64,000 nucleotides of DNA from an uncultured Candidatus Saccharibacteria bacterium (GTDB lineage: Bacteria; Patescibacteriota; Dojkabacteria; J137). Location: positions 132,190 to 196,189 of the forward strand of contig CAZSKK010000001.1 of assembly GCA_964607415.1 (NCBI GenBank), written 5' to 3'. Below, one piece after another: positions 49,587-59,271 of this stretch. The notes beneath the pieces are model-generated. The model searched no databases. It saw only the letters and a program-made list of their open reading frames with translations, and was not told the DNA's origin. The translations under genes were made by a program, and so were the position numbers. Within the stretch, counting starts at the first letter, position 1. Every line of letters starts with the position of its first letter.

Positions 49587-50303
49587 TTAGTTGTGAAGAA
49601 ATTTGGTTGCAAGTGCTAAGGCATCGTACTCATTGTCAACACAGCGCAAAAATGGTTTATGGTAAGAGCTGAGCTCTTTTACTAGCTGATTTATCCCAGA
49701 GTTTACTGTTTGATCTTCTTGCTGAATTATAATAACTGGCTTTCCTTGTTTTAGTGCTGATCTAATTGCACTTTGAGTTCCAGAATTTGTTTCCACATCT
49801 ATCGCGATTACGCACAGAGTATTAGCAGTTAAGAGCCTGTTTCTTGTTTTATAGTCTTCGCTCTCATTTGTGACTTTTAAAAATGGTGCAATTATTAAGT
49901 GGTTCCTTGCAAGGTTTCTTGCGTTAAAGATTCGGGTTATAGATTGATGAGGTTGATAAATCTCACTTATAGCCGCAAAAAACCCAACTGTTGGAGATCC
50001 TAATTGAATCAATCGGTTCATAACAGCTTGGTCAATGCCTGGTGCATATCCAGAAGCAATACATATCTTATTATCAGATGCTAATTCCGCAATTCCCATT
50101 GCCAAACTTAGACCTGAAATAGACGCTCGTCTTGAGCCTATAACGGCAATAGAGTTTGGAAGAGCTGCATCAATTAGTTCTATATTTCCTTTTGCATAAA
50201 GTTGTTTATGAGTGAGAAAGTCTAGTTGTGAGCAATTTGGTGTCAGAATGTGTACTGGCGAAGGTTGATACTCATCTAATTGTGGATCTTGTTGATTTTG
50301 CAT
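49587..50303 (-). CDS. DprA/SLOG-like protein (Rossmann domain only)
   Basis: LYAKGN, IAVIGSR.AS, SGYAPGID, RNRL, SGT..A...A..QGKPV. Confidence 0.8.
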   Translation of the reverse strand: MQNQQDPQLDEYQPSPVHILTPNCSQLDFLTHKQLYAKGNIELIDAALPNSIAVIGSRRASISGLSLAMGIAELASDNKICIASGYAPGIDQAVMNRLIQLGSPTVGFFAAISEIYQPHQSITRIFNARNLARNHLIIAPFLKVTNESEDYKTRNRLLTANTLCVIAIDVETNSGTQSAIRSALKQGKPVIIIQQEDQTVNSGINQLVKELSSYHKPFLRCVDNEYDALALATKFLHN

Positions 50304-50356
50304 ATATAATTATACTATATCTGCTGCGTGTGTATCAATATTCAGTAAGCAGTTCA

Positions 50357-50929
50357 CTATTGAAGGTTGTTCAAAACTTCTTTAAAAGTAGCATTTAAAA
50401 CTTGTAGCTCTTCGTAGGTAAATTTACCAAGCACATAATCTCTACCCGTAATGTGTTGAGAGTTATGAGTTATGGTTTCTGAGTTTTCTCTCTGATCTCT
50501 ATTCTCTATTCCTATTCTTAAACGCCAAAACTTTGTTGTTCTTAGTCTACTTTCAATATCATTAACACCATTATGAATTCTTGGTCCTTTATCAAATTGG
50601 ATTTTATATTTACCAAACTGAATATCTAAATCATCATGAGCTACTAAAATTTCTTCAGGTTTTATTTTATAAAAATTTAAAATTAGCTGAACTGAATCTC
50701 CAGATAAGTTCATCATTGTGACAGGCTTGGCAAGTAACTTCGAGCTCCCTGCTTCGAACTTCGAGATTAGGGCCTTAAACTTAGGCTCTTCTCTAAATTC
50801 CTCGTTTGTAAGTGAATCTAAAAATAAAAAACCTGCATTGTGACGGGTTTTTGCGTAATCACGACCAACGTTTCCAAGGCCTACTATCAATTTTATGTTT
50901 TGAGGGTTGAATTCGTGTTGAATTGACAT
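50357..50929 (-). CDS. pth: Peptidyl-tRNA hydrolase
   Basis: LIVGLGN, TRHNAGF, KP.T.MN.SG, HDDLD, HNG, RLRIGI, YVL..F. Confidence 0.96.
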   Translation of the reverse strand: MSIQHEFNPQNIKLIVGLGNVGRDYAKTRHNAGFLFLDSLTNEEFREEPKFKALISKFEAGSSKLLAKPVTMMNLSGDSVQLILNFYKIKPEEILVAHDDLDIQFGKYKIQFDKGPRIHNGVNDIESRLRTTKFWRLRIGIENRDQRENSETITHNSQHITGRDYVLGKFTYEELQVLNATFKEVLNNLQ

Positions 50930-50947
50930 AGAGCAATTATAGCAAAG

Positions 50948-51022
50948 CCTCACCCCTTTTGTTACACAAAAGACCCTCTCCTGTAGGAGAGGGTGGCTAA
51001 GTACAAGCGAAGCCGGGTGAGG
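50948..51022. repeat. GC-rich nested hairpin element
   Basis: CCTCACCC...GGGTGAGG termini enclosing ACCCTCTCCT-GT-AGGAGAGGGT. Confidence 0.7.
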
Positions 51023-52099
51023 CTACTTGAGCGGATGATGTTTTCTGTGTGCCTCTTCTGCAAATTTATCTGAAGCGTGAACATATTTTGAAGTAGTTGA
51101 AAGTGATGCATGCCCAAGTAAACGCTGAATTGCAGCTGGATTTGCACCTTCTTCAGCTAAATAAGTTGCAAATCCATGTCTTAGGCTATGTGCACTTGTT
51201 GGAACTACAATTCCAAGTCTTCTTCTATATTCTGCAATTTTCATTTGAATATAATTTGCAGAAAGTCTTACTAAATATGGATTTCCTGTTGCTTTACGCG
51301 TTCCTTTTGTTGGAATAAACATTGCTGGAAAATCGTCGTGGCGCATTTTTACGTATTCGGACAAAAAATGGACGGCTCTTTCAGTTAAATAAACAAATCT
51401 TTGCTTCTTGCCTTTACCTTGAATATACATTTTATTGTCTAAAATCTCACCTGTGGAGTTCATTTTTATGTGTTCTCTGTTCAGATTTGTAATTTCGGAA
51501 ATTCTCATTCCTGTTGAAAAAAGTAGTTCAAGAATTGCTCTGTTTCTTTTTTGAACAATTATCTCGGTTTCAAATTGCTCTGGGCATTCAATTAAATTTA
51601 TTAATTCATCCAGTTCTGCTACTTGTTTTTCCTTTTTTTCAGCTCTAATCATTTTTATTGCTGAAGGTGAAATTGGTACTGGCTTATCGATATCAACTAA
51701 AAAAGCAAGGTATGATCTTAGTGCCGAAAGCATTCTGTTTACACTTGCATCTGAAAGTTGACCACGATACAAAGCTTTTTTCTTTTCAGAAATTTCATTT
51801 CGAGATTTTTCTATTACTTCTTGGGTTAATTCTTCGCCTTTTTCAAAAACATGCAAAATTGGTATATAATTTTGGTTACGTAAAAAACCTTTGTAGTCGC
51901 TGATTGTTAATTTCTCGATTTTTTCAAAAGGAGTTTCGATATAAAATAGAAAAGCTGAAAAAATGTCCAGATCACGTTTGTAGTTATCAAGTGTTTCTCT
52001 TGAATAGTTATTATTTGCAAGGTTTGAAAGGTATTCTCTTAAGTATGGAAGAGAATATGGTGAAATTGGGCTTGCTTTTGAGTCAGATACAATATTCAT
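51023..52099 (-). CDS. Tyrosine recombinase, XerC/D-like
   Basis: STGMRISE, GKG.K.R, HSLRHGFAT, LLGHASLSTTSKY; housekeeping context. Confidence 0.92.
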   Translation of the reverse strand: MNIVSDSKASPISPYSLPYLREYLSNLANNNYSRETLDNYKRDLDIFSAFLFYIETPFEKIEKLTISDYKGFLRNQNYIPILHVFEKGEELTQEVIEKSRNEISEKKKALYRGQLSDASVNRMLSALRSYLAFLVDIDKPVPISPSAIKMIRAEKKEKQVAELDELINLIECPEQFETEIIVQKRNRAILELLFSTGMRISEITNLNREHIKMNSTGEILDNKMYIQGKGKKQRFVYLTERAVHFLSEYVKMRHDDFPAMFIPTKGTRKATGNPYLVRLSANYIQMKIAEYRRRLGIVVPTSAHSLRHGFATYLAEEGANPAAIQRLLGHASLSTTSKYVHASDKFAEEAHRKHHPLK

Positions 52100-52173
52100 A
52101 TATAACAATATATCACACTTGTAATTTGAAATTTAAGCGTTAACTCTTCTAGGCTTAGTGCTATAATTTTTTC

Positions 52174-53511
52174 ATGAATCACAGACTTTCAGAAATAATT
52201 AAAAAGGAAGAACTTCGACAGCAAACAACTTTAGGTTTAATCCCATCAGAAAACTTCTCATCTAAAGCCGTACGAGAAGCTGTTGGTTCAGTTATGATGC
52301 ACAAATATTCTGAAGGTTATCCAAATGCCAGATATTATGAAGGAAACGAAGTTATTGATGAGCTTGAACTTTTATGTATTCAAATGTTTAAAAAGGTATT
52401 TAATTTGCCATCAGATTGGAGTGCAAACGTTCAACCTTTAGCTGGATCCAATGCAAATCTTGCAGTTTACAATGCTTTATTAAACCCTGGTGATACAATC
52501 TTGAGTATGTATCTTCCAGATGGAGGGCATTTATCACATGGTTGGAGTTTTACACCAACAAAGGATAGAACTGACGAAGAGTCAAGAAGTTTGGAGACCG
52601 ATTCTGCATACTATGGTGGTAAAACTAAAATCAGTATTGTTTCCAAATTTTTTAATGTCGTTCAGTATAAAGTGAATAAGGATACTTTACTTTTTGATTA
52701 TGACCAAATTGAAAAATTGGCTTTAGAAGTTAAACCTAAGCTAATTATTACAGGAGGAACTGCATATCCAAGAAATATTGATTATAAAAGAATGGCAGAA
52801 ATTGCAAATAAAGTTGGAGCTTATTATTTAGCGGATGTAGCACATGAAGCAGGTTTAATTTCGGCTGGAGTTTTACCTTCACCTGTTGGAATTGCTGATG
52901 TTGTAACGCTTACAACTCATAAAACATTGCGAGGTCCAAAAGGTGCTGCAATTTTAATGGAAAAAGATTTAGAAAATTTGATTAATAAAGCTGTAATGCC
53001 AGGGCTTCAAGGTGGGCCTCATAATGGAACAATTGCTGGAATTACACAAGCTTTGTTTGAAGCTGACACTGAAGAATTTAAACAATATGCAGCTCAAATA
53101 ATTGCAAATGCAAAAATACTTGCAGATGAGCTTCAAAATTTTGGATTTAATATTGTGTCTGGTGGAACAGATAAGCACTTGATTTTAATTGATTTAAGGT
53201 CTAAAAATATAGGTGGAAAAGTTTTGGCAAAAGCTCTTAGTTATGCTGGAATTGTTGCAAACATGAACACAATTCCTTTTGAAACTGGTTCGCCTTTAAA
53301 CCCTTCTGGTTTAAGGATTGGAACACCAACAGTTACAACTAGAGGCATGAAGGAAACAGAAATGAAAATAATTGCAGCATGGATTGATAAAATAACAGAA
53401 ATAGTTAGCGAGTTTAGCGTGTTTGAAGAAAGAATAAAGAACGAAGCTAGAATTCTGGAAATAAGAAAAGAAGTTGAAGACCTTTGTGCTAAATTTCCCT
53501 TAGAAGTTTAA
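52174..53511 (+). CDS. glyA: Serine hydroxymethyltransferase
   Basis: LIPSEN, YSEGYP..RYY.G, GGHLSHG, TTHKTLRGP, PGLQGGP, SGLRIGTP. Confidence 0.98.
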   Translation: MNHRLSEIIKKEELRQQTTLGLIPSENFSSKAVREAVGSVMMHKYSEGYPNARYYEGNEVIDELELLCIQMFKKVFNLPSDWSANVQPLAGSNANLAVYNALLNPGDTILSMYLPDGGHLSHGWSFTPTKDRTDEESRSLETDSAYYGGKTKISIVSKFFNVVQYKVNKDTLLFDYDQIEKLALEVKPKLIITGGTAYPRNIDYKRMAEIANKVGAYYLADVAHEAGLISAGVLPSPVGIADVVTLTTHKTLRGPKGAAILMEKDLENLINKAVMPGLQGGPHNGTIAGITQALFEADTEEFKQYAAQIIANAKILADELQNFGFNIVSGGTDKHLILIDLRSKNIGGKVLAKALSYAGIVANMNTIPFETGSPLNPSGLRIGTPTVTTRGMKETEMKIIAAWIDKITEIVSEFSVFEERIKNEARILEIRKEVEDLCAKFPLEV

Positions 53512-53598
53512 AGTTAAAGGTTAAAAGTTCTGTGTCGTTCCACACTTGATGCGGAATCTAATTTTTAGAGCTATATTCTTACTTATTAATTACTTAAT

Positions 53599-53856
53599 AT
53601 GCCAAGTGTTACATGGAATTCAAATAACAAGCCAGATGCAGCTTCAGGATATGAAGTTTGTAATGATAGTAGTATTGCTACTAATGTTCCATTAAGAGCG
53701 GGATATGGTTGGAGAGGCACTGTGTTAGTTGACCGTTTAGGTAATACAATAACTCTAAACGAATATATTATGCAAACTGGTCATAATATAGAACTTGTGA
53801 AACAAGGTGAAAGTTATATTGTAGTAGAAATTAAACAAGAACCAATCGAAGCCTAA
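53599..53856 (+). CDS. Small hypothetical protein
   Basis: 85-aa ATG-initiated ORF between glyA and folD. Confidence 0.5.
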   Translation: MPSVTWNSNNKPDAASGYEVCNDSSIATNVPLRAGYGWRGTVLVDRLGNTITLNEYIMQTGHNIELVKQGESYIVVEIKQEPIEA

Positions 53857-54740
53857 GAGTTGATTCTTACAACGTTTCTAATCAAACATGCAATTGTTAA
53901 TGGGCCTACTCCTCCAGGAACTGGAGTTAAGTAGGCTATTTTTTCAGTCAATTCTTTGGAAACAATAACATCTCCAACTATCTTTTCGGCTTGCTTTACG
54001 CTTGTTACATCAATTACAATCGCGTCTTTTTTAAAGAACTTATGATCAAATATATGTGGTTTACCTGTTGCCGTTATTACAATGTCGGCCTTAGTTGAAT
54101 AATTAATTAGTGAATTAGTTAATTTGTTGGCTATAGTTACAGTAGCATTTAAGCTTGTAAGAACTTGACTTAATGGCTTTCCAATTAAATTTGAATTATT
54201 AATAATCAAAACGTTTTTGCCAACTAAATAATTATTTTCTAAATCTACTTTCTGTGCTGAAATTGCATCCCAGCTTAGATCATCTTTAGTTATATCATTT
54301 ATACATTCTAAAATTGCTTCAACGGTAGCACTTAATATCGATCCAGTTAATAAATGGCTTGTTCCACCCTGTTGAATTGCTGTTAGTCCATCAATATCTT
54401 TTCTTGGACTAATTGTGTTTACAATCAATGAAGTATATTTTTTAAGGTGATCGAACACAGGAAGCTGCACATGTATACCTGTAATTGAGTCATCAGCGTT
54501 AAAAGCATTAATTTGATTTAAGATATCTTCAATTTTGACATTTTGATCAAATTCAATAATATCTGATTTAATTCCAAACTCTTCTGCTTTTTTTGTTTTC
54601 ATCTTCACGTACATCCTACTAGCCTCGTCATTAGAAGCTAAAATTACCCCAATCTTTAAGCTATCAGCTATCAGCTTTCTGCTATCAGCTAATTCGGTAT
54701 AAATTTTCTCTGCTATTTGTTTGCCGTCAATTAATTTCAT
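53853..54740 (-). CDS. folD: Methylene-THF dehydrogenase/cyclohydrolase
   Basis: IDGK.IA, YV.MK, GI.VQLP, KDIDG, GKPL, TPVPGGVGP.T. Confidence 0.95.
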   Translation of the reverse strand: MKLIDGKQIAEKIYTELADSRKLIADSLKIGVILASNDEASRMYVKMKTKKAEEFGIKSDIIEFDQNVKIEDILNQINAFNADDSITGIHVQLPVFDHLKKYTSLIVNTISPRKDIDGLTAIQQGGTSHLLTGSILSATVEAILECINDITKDDLSWDAISAQKVDLENNYLVGKNVLIINNSNLIGKPLSQVLTSLNATVTIANKLTNSLINYSTKADIVITATGKPHIFDHKFFKKDAIVIDVTSVKQAEKIVGDVIVSKELTEKIAYLTPVPGGVGPLTIACLIRNVVRINS

Positions 54741-54757
54741 GTAGTAATTTTAACAGA

Positions 54758-55156
54758 TTACGATTCGTTAGGCACAAAGTATTCTATAGATTCTTCTAAT
54801 GTGCAAAGTTGCTTGTGGATTCTTGAGGCTTGAATAGATTGAGGAGTATTGCAGGCAAGCGTTTTAATTAGTTTTCGTCTTATAAAAGAAATTCTTTCTG
54901 GAGCCTGCAATATAGAATTAAGAGTTTCATTGGGCTCATCTAAGTTTAGATTAATTCGTCCTTCAAGTTTCTCAAGTAAACCTCTGAAATTGGGATTAAG
55001 CGTGTTGTTGTAGATTTTTTCAACATAACCTTTAATAATTTCGAATCGTGTCTGCTCACTGGTTGAATCAAAATGCAAAATATCTTTAAACTGGGCATAT
55101 AACTGCTCTCTAATTTCTAAAGTTTGGTTTAGAACCTCTTCAGATTTATCTGGCAT
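54758..55156 (-). CDS. Hypothetical protein
   Basis: 132-aa helical ORF overlapping the upstream gene. Confidence 0.55.
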   Translation of the reverse strand: MPDKSEEVLNQTLEIREQLYAQFKDILHFDSTSEQTRFEIIKGYVEKIYNNTLNPNFRGLLEKLEGRINLNLDEPNETLNSILQAPERISFIRRKLIKTLACNTPQSIQASRIHKQLCTLEESIEYFVPNES

Positions 55157-55496
55157 TGTTAGGTGTTAAAGATTTAAAAAGAAATTTTAATCCTAAAAAC
55201 GGTAAAATAACCAATGATCCTAAAAATAGTACAGGTAAAGCAAAAATGTATTTAATTTTAAGCTTGCTGCTTGTTACAATCCATCCTGAAATTATTGTTG
55301 AAAGTATTCCTATGTCAATAAACATTCCTCGTGCAAGGCTACTACGTTTTAGAGTTTGAATTGGTCCAATATCTGAAAAGCCAAATTTTGAGAATTTCCC
55401 TTGACTATCAGCTTTTAAAAATTGAAAGAAAAGGAGCCATATTAAGAGTGCAACAATTGAGATTGTAAAGTTTGTTAAACGACTTAAAGGCTTCAT
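55146..55496 (-). CDS. Small membrane protein
   Basis: Three hydrophobic helices. Confidence 0.55.
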   Translation of the reverse strand: MKPLSRLTNFTISIVALLIWLLFFQFLKADSQGKFSKFGFSDIGPIQTLKRSSLARGMFIDIGILSTIISGWIVTSSKLKIKYIFALPVLFLGSLVILPFLGLKFLFKSLTPNNAR

Positions 55497-55685
55497 AAAT
55501 ACAGAATATAGAATTTGGATTCAAGATTCAAGGACTAAGGCTGAAAGACAGAGGTCAGAAAACAGATGACAGAAATAATCTAAGCGACTTCCGGCCTCCA
55601 GATTCTGGCTTCTTACTTTTATTTATGCTATAATAACACTTGATTAAAAACTAGTTGGGTAATCTACTCTGCTAGCGCCCGTTTT

Positions 55686-55775
55686 GAGATTCTTTAATTA
55701 ATTTGCGCTGCATGAGTATCCTTAAGACTAAATTTAAAGTCTTAGTATTTTTGCAACGCGTAAATTAAAAATCTT
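55686..55775 (+). promoter_or_regulatory. Long 5'-UTR stem-loop upstream of the DEAD-box helicase
   Basis: Nested pairings GAGATT/AATCTT, TTTAATT/AATTAAA, TGCG/CGCG, TGCA/TGCA, TAAGACT/AGTCTTA; TGnTATAAT at 55626-55634. Confidence 0.6.
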
Positions 55776-55840
55776 CGCTTTCCGCAACAATAATTTTTCC
55801 CTGACTCGTTTTTACAATTTAATTTTTTATTGTAAAAATC

Positions 55841-57373
55841 GTGGATAATAGAAACGATAATAGAGTTGGGTCTAACTCTGGGTATAGACCATATAATAGT
55901 TCAAGTTCTAGTAATAGAAGGCCACAATATGGCTCAAACAATCGAGAATCTGGAAGTAGATACGGTAATTCCGGATCCGGAAATAGAAGTGCAGGAAGTA
56001 GTTATAACAAACCTTCTTCATCTTCTTATGGAAGCAGGTCATCATTTAATTCTGGAAGACCTTCATTTGGTAGTAACAGAAGAGGTGGTGGATATAGAGG
56101 TGGAAGCAGATCAGGAGGTGGAAGAAAGACATCGGCAGTTATGATGGATCCGAATACATATATTAAAAAAGCAATAGAATCTGTTGAGAAAGTTGAATAT
56201 ATTCCCAAAAATACTTTTAATGATTTCAAAATAGACGAAAACTTAAGAAAGAATATACTATCAAAAGGATACGAGCTTCCAACTCCTATTCAAGATAAAA
56301 CTATTGACTTTGGCTTACAAGGAAAAGATGTTATAGGTGAAGCAAATACTGGAACAGGTAAAACAGCTGCATTTTTAATTCCTTTAATCGATAAAGTTAT
56401 CAAGAAACCTAACCAAAGAGTAATTATCATGGCTCCTACAAGAGAGCTTGCTCTTCAGATTTCTGAAGAATTTAGAACTTTTGTAAAAGGCTTCAGAATT
56501 TACTCTGTAGATTGTATTGGTGGATCATCAATTAGTAATCAAATTTCTCAACTTAGAAGAAATCCTAATTTTGTAATAGGAACTCCAGGTAGAATAAAAG
56601 ATTTGATTAATAGAAGAGTCCTTAATCTATCATCGTTCTCAAATGTTGTATTAGATGAAGCAGATAGAATGGTAGATATGGGATTTATTGATGACATCAA
56701 ATACATTCTTAGTCAATTAAATGAAGAAAGGCAGTCCTTGTTTTTTTCGGCAACAATTTCTAAAGAAATTAACGAACTTATAAGAGCTTTCTTAAAAGAA
56801 CCTGAATTTGTAAGCGTCAAATCAAGACCAACATCGGAAAATGTTGATCAGGACGTTGTTCATGTTAAAAACGGCATTTCTAAAGTAGATATGCTTCATG
56901 ATATTTTGGTAAAACCAGAAGTTGAAAAAGTTTTAGTTTTTGTTAAAACAAAGATAGGAGCCGAGAGGCTTGATAGAGAACTTTACCAGAGAGGCTTCAA
57001 AGTTTCTGCAATTCATGGTGATAAATCTCAATATCAAAGACAACAGGCAATTGTTAAGTTTAAAAATGGAACTTCAAAGATTTTGGTCGCAACAGATGTT
57101 GCAGCACGTGGTTTAGATATTCCAAATGTAACTCATGTTATAAACTACGACTTACCTGCAACTTTGGAAGATTATATTCATAGAATTGGAAGAACTGGTA
57201 GAGCAAATAAAAAAGGTAATGCTCTAACATTTATAGAAGAAAATATGTCAAGATCACAATCCTCTGGAGGATTTGGTGGAGGATATAACAGATCTAGATC
57301 TAGTGGATCTTCATCATTTAGAAGAAGCTCAGGCGGATTTGGAGGTGGTAGAAGAAGTTCATTCAGACGATAA
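55841..57373 (+). CDS. DEAD-box RNA helicase with RGG/SR-rich tails
   Basis: PTPIQ, ANTGTGKT, PTRELA, TPGR, DEAD, SAT, ARGLD, HRIGRTGR. Confidence 0.97.
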   Translation: MDNRNDNRVGSNSGYRPYNSSSSSNRRPQYGSNNRESGSRYGNSGSGNRSAGSSYNKPSSSSYGSRSSFNSGRPSFGSNRRGGGYRGGSRSGGGRKTSAVMMDPNTYIKKAIESVEKVEYIPKNTFNDFKIDENLRKNILSKGYELPTPIQDKTIDFGLQGKDVIGEANTGTGKTAAFLIPLIDKVIKKPNQRVIIMAPTRELALQISEEFRTFVKGFRIYSVDCIGGSSISNQISQLRRNPNFVIGTPGRIKDLINRRVLNLSSFSNVVLDEADRMVDMGFIDDIKYILSQLNEERQSLFFSATISKEINELIRAFLKEPEFVSVKSRPTSENVDQDVVHVKNGISKVDMLHDILVKPEVEKVLVFVKTKIGAERLDRELYQRGFKVSAIHGDKSQYQRQQAIVKFKNGTSKILVATDVAARGLDIPNVTHVINYDLPATLEDYIHRIGRTGRANKKGNALTFIEENMSRSQSSGGFGGGYNRSRSSGSSSFRRSSGGFGGGRRSSFRR

Positions 57374-57419
57374 CTTTATGCGTTTGATGTTAGACGTAAG
57401 TCGTTTGACGAAGAATACA

Positions 57420-57453
57420 AAAGAAGCCGCGACGTCGACGTCGCGGCTTCTTT
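57420..57453. terminator. 34-bp perfect palindrome, probable bidirectional terminator
   Basis: AAAGAAGCCGCGACGTCGACGTCGCGGCTTCTTT between convergent genes. Confidence 0.7.
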
Positions 57454-57470
57454 GCTTGTATTGGCAATCT

Positions 57471-57830
57471 CTATAATTCGGCAACTGCATCAAGCCCATG
57501 CGTTATTTGTTGAGGATCAACGCCAAGAATTTCTGCAATTTTAGATATATCACCTGCACCATAAATGTAGCCGTGAATTATTTCTAAAGTCTCAATTCCT
57601 GGGTCAAGTAGCGGGCTATGTATACCACCTGCTCGTGTCTGTTCATTAAGATGTTGAATTGAGTGTTCAGTTCTAAGCCAGTCAGATATTCCTTTCGTTA
57701 TTTGATAATGAGAAGGATCTCGTAAGTTGGCAGGAAGTAAGAATCTTCCTGGTTTAGAAGTTTCATAAAATCTATGCCCATTTTGTAAGTGTTCTAAAAC
57801 TTCTGCTGATGAAAGTGTTGGGATTTCCAT
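57471..57830 (-). CDS. Hypothetical protein
   Basis: 119-aa ORF with a possible C-terminal HTH (IAEILGV). Confidence 0.55.
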   Translation of the reverse strand: MEIPTLSSAEVLEHLQNGHRFYETSKPGRFLLPANLRDPSHYQITKGISDWLRTEHSIQHLNEQTRAGGIHSPLLDPGIETLEIIHGYIYGAGDISKIAEILGVDPQQITHGLDAVAEL

Positions 57831-57850
57831 TTAAATATAAACTTTGGAGA

Positions 57851-59185
57851 TTAGTTCAATTTTCCAGCCACCCATCCAGATGACCAGCTCCATGACAAAT
57901 TAAAACCTCCGACATCTCCATCTACGTCTAAAATTTCTCCGCATAAGAATAAATTATTGACCAATCGAGATTCCAGAGTGGATGCCGTTACTTCAGATGT
58001 ATCGATTCCTCCAGCTGTAAATTCAGCTTCGTTCCATCCTCTAGTTGTAACAATTGGTATTTTAGCACTTGTAAATATTGTGTAAAGGGCTTTCCGCTCT
58101 TTTTCGTTAAGTAGCTTAACTTTCTTATCTGTTGGTATTTTTAAGATATTTAGTATACTAGTTGCAACCTTGTTTGGGAATAACCCAAATAAGCTCTTTT
58201 CTATTGCCTGTTCAGGTCTTTTGCCCCATCTTTTATTCAAAAAATTTTCTAACTCATTTTCTGATTTTTTTGGAAAAAAATTTAAAGTTACATGACAATC
58301 ATCTTTATGTTCACGATTAAATCTAATTGAAATTTCCCGGCTTATATTCAAAATTGCAGGCCCTGATAAGCCATATTTAGTAAACATTACTTCATCTGTT
58401 GAAGTTTTAATTTTTTTATTATCAATAAAAGAAGTAACTTCAAGTTCAAGTTTTACACCTTGCAAATAGTGACAAAGTTGACTTTTTGCTTCAAGAGGAA
58501 GTGCTGCAGGAACTGGAGTAATAATTTTATGCCCAAAACTTTCTGCAAGCGAATAACCAGATCCATCTGAACCTAATGCAGGATATGTTCTACCACCTGC
58601 TGAAAGAATTAAATAGCTTGAGGTGAACGTTTGCTTTTCGTGGTTAGTAAGATTTGTTGTTTCAACTGAAAAGCTATTAGCAGTTAGCGCTTTGCCATCA
58701 TCATTTTTTTTGCTTTCTCTTTGTGTCATCCTGAGGGAAATCGAAGGATGAACATCTACAACTTCCGTATTCAAATAAACATCAATTCCAAGCCTGTTTA
58801 TTTCGTCTAGCATTACTTCTGTTACTGTTGATGCCTGATTTGTAATTGGAAAAAGTTTTCCTATATCGGTCTTCCTCTCAACATAAAGTTCAATTCCTAA
58901 ATCGTTAAAAAAGCTTACAATGTCTTTATAGCTAAATTGATCAAAAATTGATTTAATAAATTCAGGATTTGCCCCGTAGTAATGCTTTTCGATTGATTTA
59001 TCTAAATTGATATTTGTAATATTGCAACGTCCGGCGCCACAAACTAGTATTTTTCTCCCAAGTGCAAATGTTCTATCTAAAATTGCCACTGAATATTCAG
59101 GATGATGTTTTTTAGCTGAAATTGCAGCCATCATTCCCGCAGCTCCACCGCCAATTATTATTAGGTCGTAATGTGTTTTATCCAT
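57851..59185 (-). CDS. HI0933/BaiN-family flavoprotein
   Basis: IIGGGAAGM, G.GRCN.TN, GG..YP..GS.G.GY, FT..GLSGP, T.GG, GE.LDVDG..GGFNL. Confidence 0.95.
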   Translation of the reverse strand: MDKTHYDLIIIGGGAAGMMAAISAKKHHPEYSVAILDRTFALGRKILVCGAGRCNITNINLDKSIEKHYYGANPEFIKSIFDQFSYKDIVSFFNDLGIELYVERKTDIGKLFPITNQASTVTEVMLDEINRLGIDVYLNTEVVDVHPSISLRMTQRESKKNDDGKALTANSFSVETTNLTNHEKQTFTSSYLILSAGGRTYPALGSDGSGYSLAESFGHKIITPVPAALPLEAKSQLCHYLQGVKLELEVTSFIDNKKIKTSTDEVMFTKYGLSGPAILNISREISIRFNREHKDDCHVTLNFFPKKSENELENFLNKRWGKRPEQAIEKSLFGLFPNKVATSILNILKIPTDKKVKLLNEKERKALYTIFTSAKIPIVTTRGWNEAEFTAGGIDTSEVTASTLESRLVNNLFLCGEILDVDGDVGGFNLSWSWSSGWVAGKLN

Positions 59186-59271
59186 GGTGAAATTATATCA
59201 TTATCTTCAATTAAAAATTGTAATTGTAAACGTAAAATGGTTAAAGCCTTACTTTTCCTCTATAATATATT

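Noticed and set aside
51023-52099. Prophage/ICE integrase
   Set aside because: Flanked by pth and glyA with no att repeats or mobile genes; resembles a housekeeping Xer recombinase.
55841-56130. Low-complexity repeats at the start of the helicase gene
   Set aside because: Explained by the Ser/Gly/Arg-rich disordered tail typical of DEAD-box proteins.
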